This document shows, piece after piece, positions 1 through 7,696 of a stretch of 46,787 bases of DNA. The stretch lies in sequence record SRR22947725_501. One strand, 5' to 3'. The position numbers and the translations under genes were made by a program. Numbering within the stretch: the stretch's first letter is position 1; every line of letters starts with the position of its first letter. The notes under the pieces are model-generated. The model saw only the letters and a list, made by a program, of their open reading frames with translations. It did not search any database and was not told the DNA's origin.

Positions 1-29
1 GTGATGCTCTACCATTGAGCTACACTCGC
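1..29 (-). tRNA. 5' part of a tRNA, probably tRNA-Gly (truncated by window edge)
   Basis: Reverse complement reads GCGAGTG-TA-GCTCAATGGTAGAGC-ATCAC: acceptor 5' strand, D-arm and start of anticodon stem. A GCG start is typical of tRNA-Gly; the anticodon lies outside the window. Confidence 0.75.
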
Positions 30-46
30 TTCTCAAGTGTGCGTAG

Positions 47-74
47 ATAATACTTCTAGGAGAGGTAATTGCAA
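47..74 (-). promoter_or_regulatory. sigma70-type promoter of the tRNA
   Basis: Minus strand TTGCAA-N16-TATTAT just upstream of the tRNA 5' end. Confidence 0.65.
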
Positions 75-145
75 GAGCGTTTAAATGATTTTTTATATTT
101 TTTTGATGAATCTAAAACCATGGCTATTTTGAGCTTAATATATAC

Positions 146-174
146 AAAAAAAGGAGCCTCAAAAGAGACTCCTT
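146..174 (-). terminator. intrinsic terminator of fbaA
   Basis: Minus strand AAGGAGTCTC-TTTT-GAGGCTCCTT (one G-U pair) running into a T tract, ~30 nt after the fbaA stop. Confidence 0.8.
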
Positions 175-202
175 AAATCATAAAAAAACTATATTTTAGT
201 AA

Positions 203-1237
203 TTACTTACCGTAAATAGTAGTTCCTTCGCCGTGTAGGTTGCGAACAGCTTCTTTAACACGCTCTTTGATGCCATTTTCAGCAAGTTTCAAATAAGCAC
301 GTGGGTCATAAGCTTTCTTATTACCAACTTCCCCTTCAACTTTAAGAACGCCGTCGTAGTTGTTGAAGATGTGATCAACAATTGGGCGAGTAAAAGCATA
401 CTGAGTGTCAGTGTCAACATTCATTTTGATAACGCCGTACTCAAGAGTTTCGGCAATTTCTTCTTCAGAAGAACCAGAACCACCATGGAATACAAAATCG
501 AAACCAGTGCCAGAACCATACTCTTTCACTAGAGCAGCTTGACCATCACGAAGGATAGTTGGAGTCAATTTAACATTACCTGGCTTGTATACGCCGTGAA
601 CGTTACCGAAAGTAGCAGCGAACATGAAGCGAGCGTTTTCTACTTCAGAAAGACGCTTATAGACGTAAAGCATATCTTCGTCAGTTGTGTAAAGCTTGTC
701 AGCAGAAACACCAGAAGTGTCGTGACCGTCTTCTTCACCGCCAACAACACCAGCTTCTACTTCAAGGATAATACCAAGATCAGAGCACTCTTTAAGTAGC
801 GGAACAGCGATGTCCATATTTTCTTCAAGAGGAATTGGCGAGCCGTCGAACATGTGAGAGTTAAATAGTGGCTTTTGGCCAGCAGCAACTCTTTGTCTAG
901 AAATTTCGATTAGTGGCTTAAGGAAAGAGTCAACTTTCGCAGGCATACAGTGGTCTGTGTGAAGAGCGATGTTAACATCGTACTTATCTGCGACAAGGTG
1001 GACATACTCAGCTAGAGCTTGAGCACCAAGAACGGCGTCTTTAACACCTTGGCCTGAAGCGAATTCACCACCACCAGTAGAAACCTGGATTATACCGTCA
1101 GTTTTCATTTCAGCAAAAGCTTGAATGGTACCGTTGATAGTTGGAAGTGAAGTAATGTTAATAGCAGCGTATGCGAAGTTGTTTTTCTGTGCGTTATCAA
1201 TCATTGCACAGTATGTATCGTAATCAGCGATTGGCAT
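203..1237 (-). CDS. fbaA: class II fructose-bisphosphate aldolase
   Basis: Motifs HTDH, HMFDGS, GVVGGEEDG, FGNVHGVYKPG, FHGGSGS, KMNVDT. Start moved to the ATG at 1237 (MPIAD), which has an AGGA SD; the ORF-track start is 1264. Confidence 0.95.
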   Translation of the reverse strand: MPIADYDTYCAMIDNAQKNNFAYAAINITSLPTINGTIQAFAEMKTDGIIQVSTGGGEFASGQGVKDAVLGAQALAEYVHLVADKYDVNIALHTDHCMPAKVDSFLKPLIEISRQRVAAGQKPLFNSHMFDGSPIPLEENMDIAVPLLKECSDLGIILEVEAGVVGGEEDGHDTSGVSADKLYTTDEDMLYVYKRLSEVENARFMFAATFGNVHGVYKPGNVKLTPTILRDGQAALVKEYGSGTGFDFVFHGGSGSSEEEIAETLEYGVIKMNVDTDTQYAFTRPIVDHIFNNYDGVLKVEGEVGNKKAYDPRAYLKLAENGIKERVKEAVRNLHGEGTTIYGK

Positions 1238-1448
1238 GAAGCTTATCCTTCTGAATTTATTCATGTTGTGTGGTATATACTAGGTATGTGTGGTCATTAT
1301 TCATTCCATATCAACACCTAGGGGGATTTTACGTAAGAGTACGCATAAAGTTATCCCCAATAATTATGTCATGTGACAAATTAACGGCAACACATTAATT
1401 GAAATGCTCTGAAAGGCAAGTTTAAAAGAATTTTATTACAGACTTTAC

Positions 1449-2945
1449 TTATTTTGAGATGTCATTGAGAACTTTGAGAGCGTCTTTGTGACCAAGGTTG
1501 GCAGACTCTCTTAAGAGTAGCGTGGCGTATTTTCGATTAGGTGTAGTGCCTTTACCGGTTAAGTAAGCTAAACCGAGTTTGTAAGAGCCCTGAGGGTCTT
1601 TTTTAAGGGCTGCTTGTTCATACCAGTGAAAAGATTTCTCTATATCTTTCATGTTGTACTTATCGGCTTCGTAAACATCTCCTAGCAAAAGCATGGAACG
1701 AATACTGCCCATTTTGGCAGCCTTCTTAATCATCGTTAAAGCTAAGTTTGTGTTTTGGGAAACTCCTTTCCCGTGGAGAAAGCATAGCCCTAGTTCCATA
1801 GTAGCTTCAAGGTGTTCAAGTTTGGTTGCTTTTTGAAACCAGACGACAGCGAGGCGTTCGTTCTTTTCGACAAGTTCGCCAGTTTGATAGAGTATACCAA
1901 GCGTATACATGGCAACATTAAAGCCTGCTTCAGCCGCGTCTTTATAGTGGAATAGTGCTTTTTTGGTGTCTTTATTAACCCCTTCTCCAGTAGCGTAACA
2001 GGCGGCTAGATTATAGATAGCCTGACGATTTTTTTGTTTCGAGGCTTTCATGTAAAGCTGGAAAGCCATTTTGGGGTTATAGGGCACAGCCCGACCAGTG
2101 GCATAACAGTTGGCCATTGCTAATTGAGCTGGAGCATAGTTCATGTCTGCAGCTCTTCTATACCATTTGAAGCCAGTTACAGAATCTTTCTTAACTCCGA
2201 GTCCATTCATGAAGCAGTAACCTAGTTTGGCTTGAGCTTCTGGGCTTTCGTTATCAGCTGCTAGGACTAGCCAGCGCATACTTTCTTTGAAATCTTGCTT
2301 AAAACCAAGGCCGCTGTTGTAGTAGTCTGCAACTTTGAGCTGTGAGAGAGCATCGCCTTTTTTTGCCGCTCTTAAATAAAGTTGTCCTGAAATTTTTTGG
2401 TTTTGAATGCCCCCTAACCCGTGTTCAAAATAATGGGCTAGTTTCACTTGAGCTCTCATATTATTGATTTGAGCTGCCTGGGCAAAATAATGACGGGCTT
2501 TTTCATACTTTTGCATACTATCAAGAAGCATAGCAGCATTGATATTTGCAGGCTGAAGCCCAAAATCAGCTGCTGTCATGTAGAGCTCTAGAGCTTTATC
2601 TGGGTCGGGGTCTACTCCAGTTCCTTTGATGTAGCAACCTGCTAAGTTGTATTGGCATTGTCGACTATTTAGGTCAGAACCTTTTTGGTACCAGAAAACA
2701 GCTTTTTTGAAATCTTGTTCAATACCGCCACGACCATAAAAATAATTGTTGCCAACTTCTAGAATGGCGCCTCGATTACCTTTTTCGGCTTCGATTTCCA
2801 TTTTTTTCATATTTTCTTTAAGGCGGGCTTCTTTTGCTTCTCGAGCTTTTTCTGGATCTCTTTCTTGCTCAATTTGACTAATATTCTCTTGTCCAAGTGA
2901 GTTGGTAATGAGGACTATGAAGATAAGATTAAAAAATAATTTCAT
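1449..2945 (-). CDS. secreted Sel1-like repeat (TPR-class) protein
   Basis: Hydrophobic N-terminal signal; about 11-12 tandem ~36-aa repeats like AQxxLG/AxxYxxGxGVxxDxxxAxxWYxKAA. Confidence 0.9.
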   Translation of the reverse strand: MKLFFNLIFIVLITNSLGQENISQIEQERDPEKAREAKEARLKENMKKMEIEAEKGNRGAILEVGNNYFYGRGGIEQDFKKAVFWYQKGSDLNSRQCQYNLAGCYIKGTGVDPDPDKALELYMTAADFGLQPANINAAMLLDSMQKYEKARHYFAQAAQINNMRAQVKLAHYFEHGLGGIQNQKISGQLYLRAAKKGDALSQLKVADYYNSGLGFKQDFKESMRWLVLAADNESPEAQAKLGYCFMNGLGVKKDSVTGFKWYRRAADMNYAPAQLAMANCYATGRAVPYNPKMAFQLYMKASKQKNRQAIYNLAACYATGEGVNKDTKKALFHYKDAAEAGFNVAMYTLGILYQTGELVEKNERLAVVWFQKATKLEHLEATMELGLCFLHGKGVSQNTNLALTMIKKAAKMGSIRSMLLLGDVYEADKYNMKDIEKSFHWYEQAALKKDPQGSYKLGLAYLTGKGTTPNRKYATLLLRESANLGHKDALKVLNDISK

Positions 2946-3095
2946 GAAAATTTACACTCTTCTTTTTGCGGTGATCAAATAGCATGTGTCTGCACATAAT
3001 GTATTATACGGATCAAAATTATCGCTCACTATAACTGGTTGAGATTGATGTGACAAGAGAATAAGAACCGAATTCACAATTTCAGGATATTTTCA

Positions 3096-3842
3096 ATGAA
3101 CGTAGATAAAATGATAGCCGACCTTAAGGCTGGTCTTATTACAGATGAGACCTTTAAAAATGAAGTTTTGAAAGGGCAGCTTCAGGATCTTGGTGATGTG
3201 GTTTTAGATATGCAGCGCTCTTTTCGTTGTGGTCTTCCTGAAGTGATTTTTGGTCAGTCAAAGACTGTTGAACAGATGCTTTCGGCCGCGAAGGTTTTGC
3301 TTACGGCAAACGATTCATTATTAATTACTCGAATTGATGAGGAAAAGGCGTCACAAGTTTTAGCAGGCTTAGGTGATAGTGGTTGTCAGTATGATACTAG
3401 TTGCCAGTCACTTTATAAATTGCCTCCGATAAGTAGGACTGAAAAGGTTTTGATCTTAACGGCTGGTACATCAGATATTAATGTCGCTAGGGAAGCTGAA
3501 TTAACATGTGGGATGTTTGGTGCTGAAACAATTCTAAAGCCAGATGTCGGTGTCGCAGGGCTTCATAGGTTACTGAACATAAGAGAAGAACTTTTAAGTG
3601 CTGATTGTATTATTGTTTGTGCAGGTATGGAGGGGGCTTTGCCAAGTGTTGTTGGGGGCTTAGTCTCCTGTCCGGTAATTGCCGTACCAGTAAGTTGTGG
3701 ATATGGGACTTCGTTTGAGGGTATCACGGCAATGCTAGGGATGTTGAACTCTTGCGCGAGTGGCTTGACGGTAGTCAATGTTGATAATGGTTTTGGAGCC
3801 GGCTACGCCGCGGGTAGAATTCTTGGGATGGGTAAAGCATAA
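3096..3842 (+). CDS. larB: LarB family (NPN cofactor biosynthesis; PurE/AIR carboxylase-like)
   Basis: Motifs RCGLPEVIFGQSKT, TAGTSD, DVGVAGLHR, AGMEGALPSVVGGL, PVSCGYG, MLNSCASG, VVNVDNGFGAG. Confidence 0.88.
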   Translation: MNVDKMIADLKAGLITDETFKNEVLKGQLQDLGDVVLDMQRSFRCGLPEVIFGQSKTVEQMLSAAKVLLTANDSLLITRIDEEKASQVLAGLGDSGCQYDTSCQSLYKLPPISRTEKVLILTAGTSDINVAREAELTCGMFGAETILKPDVGVAGLHRLLNIREELLSADCIIVCAGMEGALPSVVGGLVSCPVIAVPVSCGYGTSFEGITAMLGMLNSCASGLTVVNVDNGFGAGYAAGRILGMGKA

Positions 3843-3844
3843 AG

Positions 3845-5152
3845 ATGTCGTTATCTTATCAAGGAGCACATGATTATCTCAATTCGCTTTTAGTTTTTGG
3901 CATAAAGCTTGGTTTACAGAATATGGAGGCGCTATGTAAGCTGCTGGGGAATCCCGAAGAGCAATTGAAGTTTGTGCACGTAGCAGGGACAAACGGTAAA
4001 GGGTCTAGTTGTTCTATGTTTGCGGCCGGCCTCAAGAATGCTGGTGTAAAAACAGGCTTTTATTCATCGCCATTTTTGTGTAATTTTACTGAGCGCTGGA
4101 GGATAAATGGCATTGAGGTTTCAGAAGGCCAGGTCGCTAAGGCGATATCACGAATTGAGAGTTTAGAGGTAGAATTAGTTTCAATAACTGGTGTAAAACC
4201 GACTTATTTTGAAGTAGTCACTGCCGCGGCCTTGTTGGTATTTTCCGAGGCGGCTGTTGATGTAGTCGTTTGGGAGACGGGTATGGGCGGTCGCTTAGAT
4301 GCGACAAATGTTGTTGACCCAATTGTGTCTGTGATCACTAATATTGGCTTGGATCATACTCAGTATCTAGGTGAGACGATAGGGGAGGTTGCTGCTGAAA
4401 AGGCGGGTATCATAAAGTCTCATAGGCCTGTTGTCCTTGGTGAGTTGTGTGATGTGGCTTATCGGCAATTTGAAGATAAAGCTAAATCTTGTAAAGCTAA
4501 AGTATTTAGAGAAGGCCGAGACTTTCAAATACAGGACTCTTCTCTGAAAGAAATTGATGGTAGACCTGTAAGGTTTATTAAGTATAAGTCTCTAGAAAAT
4601 GAATGTAGTGTTAATTTACAGATGCTTGGTGTGTATCAGGTTAAAAATGCTGGTGTTGTGCTTAAGGCATTTGAACTTATTTCTAGGGAGTTATTTCTTG
4701 ACTTTTCTTTGTTGGTCTCTGGGATGGAAAAGGCAATTTGGCCAGGTCGCTTTGAAGTCAGAGGTAATTTAATTCTTGATGGGGCTCATAATGAACCTGC
4801 GGCTAAAGTTTTGGTTGACTCTCTTGTTGAATTGTATCCACACCAAAAAGTAAACTTCATCTGTGGTATTCTCGAGGATAAAAATTGGCAGTCCGTAATT
4901 GACTGTTTGTTGCCTATAGCAAAATCATTTTTTATGGTTGAGGTACAAAATGTTCGTACTTCTAAGCCAGAGAATTTAAAAGGCTATGTTGAGAGTCTTG
5001 CTGGAGTCGTTGATGGTATCGGTACTGTAGAGGTGGCCTTAGAGAGGCTTTGCCCGGAAGAAGTGACGGTAGTTGTTGGGTCGCTTTATTTAATCGGTGA
5101 GGTTCTATCGAGTTTAGATAATGGTGCGCCATTACCGATTGAGGTGGATTGA
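3845..5152 (+). CDS. folC: folylpolyglutamate/dihydrofolate synthase
   Basis: HVAGTNGKGS P-loop, ETGMGGRLDATN, IGLDH, EKAGII, WPGRFE, LDGAHN, GSLYLIGE; starts 2 nt after the larB stop. Confidence 0.93.
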   Translation: MSLSYQGAHDYLNSLLVFGIKLGLQNMEALCKLLGNPEEQLKFVHVAGTNGKGSSCSMFAAGLKNAGVKTGFYSSPFLCNFTERWRINGIEVSEGQVAKAISRIESLEVELVSITGVKPTYFEVVTAAALLVFSEAAVDVVVWETGMGGRLDATNVVDPIVSVITNIGLDHTQYLGETIGEVAAEKAGIIKSHRPVVLGELCDVAYRQFEDKAKSCKAKVFREGRDFQIQDSSLKEIDGRPVRFIKYKSLENECSVNLQMLGVYQVKNAGVVLKAFELISRELFLDFSLLVSGMEKAIWPGRFEVRGNLILDGAHNEPAAKVLVDSLVELYPHQKVNFICGILEDKNWQSVIDCLLPIAKSFFMVEVQNVRTSKPENLKGYVESLAGVVDGIGTVEVALERLCPEEVTVVVGSLYLIGEVLSSLDNGAPLPIEVD

Positions 5153-5172
5153 AGAGCCGCGATGCGGCTCTT
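5152..5172. terminator. hairpin between convergent folC and pilT/U (likely bidirectional terminator)
   Basis: AAGAGCCGC-GAT-GCGGCTCTT perfect 9-bp stem; short U tracts. Confidence 0.55.
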
Positions 5173-5182
5173 ATGAAATCGA

Positions 5183-6283
5183 TTAGCCTAGTATACCGTT
5201 GTCTTCGCCAAGGAATATACCTTTAAGATTCATTGTTAGTGCTTCTGGGTTATTGGATTTCTCGAGAGCGGCTTCTTCGGTAATAGTACCTTCGTTGACA
5301 AGGGCAAGAAGTCTTTGGTCGAAGGTCATCATGCCGAATTCTTTGCCCGCGGCAATAGCACTTTCAATCTTATCGACTTTGTCTTCCATTATAAGTTTTT
5401 TGATTGTTGAGGTATTAATCATAACTTCATTACAGGGGACAACGCCTTTTCCTGATGCACGAGATACAAGTCTTTGACAAACAATTGCTTTGACATTTTC
5501 AGCGAGTGCTTTTCTCATGGCATCTCTTTCTTCATGTGGGTACATGTCTAGGATACGGTTGATTGACTGTCCGGCATTGGCTGTATGTAGAGTAGACATA
5601 ACTAGGTGACCAGTGTCTGAAGCGGCAATAGCAGACTCTAGACTGGCTCGATCTCTCATTTCGCCAACAACGATAACGTCTGGATCTTGTCTTAATGCAT
5701 GCGAAAGGGCAGAGTCGAAGGTGATGACATCGATACCAACTTCGCGTTGCTCAAAAATACATTTATTATCAGAAAAAGCATATTCAATGGGATCTTCGAT
5801 AGTGATGATGTGACGATTTTTGTGAGAGTTCATATGCTCAAGCATACAGGCCATTGTAGTCGATTTACCGGAGCCAGTTGTGCCTGTAACGAGAATGATA
5901 CCACGTTCCATTTCAGCGATTTGGTGGATGATTTTAGGAAGGCCAAGAGATTCGATTGGTGGAACTGTGCTTTTAACGTGCCTTAGAGTCATAGCGACCA
6001 AGCCACGTTGTTTATGGAGATTAGCACGGAAACGACCCGCGCCTTCTTCTTCAAAAGCAAAGTCAGCATCGCCAGTTTCATGAAATTTCTCAATCATTTT
6101 TTCGGTGGTGAGTTCTCTGACTGCAGACATGAGGAATTCATTATCTGGTACAAACCCTTCGATTTCGAGTAATGCTCCATCCACCCGGAGGACAACGGTA
6201 CTATTTTCGCGAATGTGCCAATCTGAGGCGCCTTCTTGGACTCCGGTTACTAAGATCGAATTGAGTTTTGATATAACTGGCAT
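5183..6283 (-). CDS. PilT/PilU family type IV pilus retraction ATPase
   Basis: GASDWHI, GRFRAN, Walker A GTTGSGKST, ITIEDPIE, LRQDPDVIVVGEMRD, TGHLVMSTLH. The AIRNLIRE motif of PilT is degenerate (TIKKLIME), so it is PilU-like. Confidence 0.9.
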   Translation of the reverse strand: MPVISKLNSILVTGVQEGASDWHIRENSTVVLRVDGALLEIEGFVPDNEFLMSAVRELTTEKMIEKFHETGDADFAFEEEGAGRFRANLHKQRGLVAMTLRHVKSTVPPIESLGLPKIIHQIAEMERGIILVTGTTGSGKSTTMACMLEHMNSHKNRHIITIEDPIEYAFSDNKCIFEQREVGIDVITFDSALSHALRQDPDVIVVGEMRDRASLESAIAASDTGHLVMSTLHTANAGQSINRILDMYPHEERDAMRKALAENVKAIVCQRLVSRASGKGVVPCNEVMINTSTIKKLIMEDKVDKIESAIAAGKEFGMMTFDQRLLALVNEGTITEEAALEKSNNPEALTMNLKGIFLGEDNGILG

Positions 6284-6411
6284 GTGAAGCTCCTGATTGC
6301 TTGCTCGAGGTCGTAGATATGTTTATAGTTTATTATTGAATTTTAATCCATATAGTGCAAGTGATGTATTTGTGAATTCTGTTAAAATTGACATTTTTTA
6401 AAAGGTTTTTG

Positions 6412-7233
6412 ATGAAGATTTTTTTAATTGTTCTGACAGCGGCTCTTTATTCTGGGTGTCTTGGGGTTTCGGAAGAGGATACTATCCTTTATATGGAAAG
6501 ACATGAAAGGTATAAGTCTCAATCGAGACAGTCTGGTGTGGATCTGTTGCTTTATCGCACTTCAAAATATTCATCTTCATACAATGATTTGAGCTCTTGG
6601 GGGAACTCTCAATTGTTGTTTGAGAGTATCTGTCGGGACTATTTTGGAGTTGCTGCTGATTCCATTGATACTTTTGAGGATGATCAGGGTGCTGGTTTGC
6701 TTGATTACTTGGAGGCTTACTCAGGTAATTCTTTGATTATTTATTTTAGTAGTCATTTGGAATCAAATAATAGATTGATTTTATCAAATGGAAGGCAGCT
6801 ACCTTTAGGGAGGTTTGCAGAAGCATTGAATAGACTTAAGGCGAATACACTTCTGATTTTTGACACTTGCTATGCAGAGAAGCTTAAGCCTCTTTTAAAT
6901 AACCCGAAAGTGTCAGTCGTGTATACGGGTGGGGCACTCGATAAAGTTTACGATCTAAGAGTGCGTGGTCAGAAGCCGAGTCTCGATGATATCTGCAGAG
7001 TTCCTTTTGAATATAGCGTTACTATCTGGGGGCTTGAAGCTAAGGAGTATTCTCCTTTTGGAATACTTTTTTTAAAGTCTTATTTGGAGTTTGATGGCAG
7101 AGTTGACTTAGGAGTGTGGTTATCGAGTATGTCGGGTTACAATGAGCAGATGCGTAAGATTGTGGGAATGAAGAAATACTCAAGTATGAGTTTTGACTTG
7201 AGTTCTTACTGGAAGAGTTTTAAGGGTAAATAA
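6412..7233 (+). CDS. putative lipoprotein with caspase-like (clan CD) His/Cys motifs
   Basis: MKIFLIVLTAALYSG-C lipobox-like N-terminus (ATG 6412); LIIYFSSH and LLIFDTCYA resemble caspase-family FYFSGHG and ILDxCxS. Confidence 0.5.
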   Translation: MKIFLIVLTAALYSGCLGVSEEDTILYMERHERYKSQSRQSGVDLLLYRTSKYSSSYNDLSSWGNSQLLFESICRDYFGVAADSIDTFEDDQGAGLLDYLEAYSGNSLIIYFSSHLESNNRLILSNGRQLPLGRFAEALNRLKANTLLIFDTCYAEKLKPLLNNPKVSVVYTGGALDKVYDLRVRGQKPSLDDICRVPFEYSVTIWGLEAKEYSPFGILFLKSYLEFDGRVDLGVWLSSMSGYNEQMRKIVGMKKYSSMSFDLSSYWKSFKGK

Positions 7234-7264
7234 AAAAGGCCGCTTAGGTGATCCTAAGCGGCCT
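7232..7264 (-). terminator. intrinsic terminator of rplU (may also serve the convergent gene)
   Basis: 12-bp perfect stem AGGCCGCTTAGG-TGAT-CCTAAGCGGCCT with an A tract at 7232-7237 (U tract on minus strand). Confidence 0.85.
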
Positions 7265-7282
7265 GAAAAAGTCTGAAAACAA

Positions 7283-7591
7283 TTAGGCTTTGATGCCTGT
7301 AATTTTTACAGTACTGTAAATTTGTCTGTGACCTTGTTTTCTTCTGTAGCTTTTACGTCTTTTCATTTTGAAAACAACGATTTTCTTGGCTTTAGATTCG
7401 CCGACAAGCTCATAGCTTACGCTTGCGCCGTCAATGAAAGGAGTACCAAACTTAGCTTCTTCGCCACCAGTAGCAAGAACTTTGTCGAACTGAGAAGTAC
7501 TGCCAGCTTCACCTTGTAGGCGTTCTACTTGAATGACGTCGCCTTCCTGAACTTTATATTGCTTTCCGCCTGTTTCAATAACTGCGTACAT
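7283..7591 (-). CDS. rplU: 50S ribosomal protein L21
   Basis: MYAVIETGGKQYKV...KRRKSYRRKQGHRQ. Confidence 0.97.
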   Translation of the reverse strand: MYAVIETGGKQYKVQEGDVIQVERLQGEAGSTSQFDKVLATGGEEAKFGTPFIDGASVSYELVGESKAKKIVVFKMKRRKSYRRKQGHRQIYSTVKITGIKA

Positions 7592-7649
7592 TGTATAAAT
7601 CCTTAAAATATATTACTGAAAAAATCAATTTTCTCTCTGAGAGGGGCTG

Positions 7650-7677
7650 AATATAACAGAGGAAACATTTCTTGCAA
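7650..7677 (-). promoter_or_regulatory. sigma70-type promoter of rplU
   Basis: Minus strand TTGCAA-N16-TATATT with TGn extended -10. Confidence 0.6.
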
Positions 7678-7696
7678 GTGAAGATTTTAAAATCAA

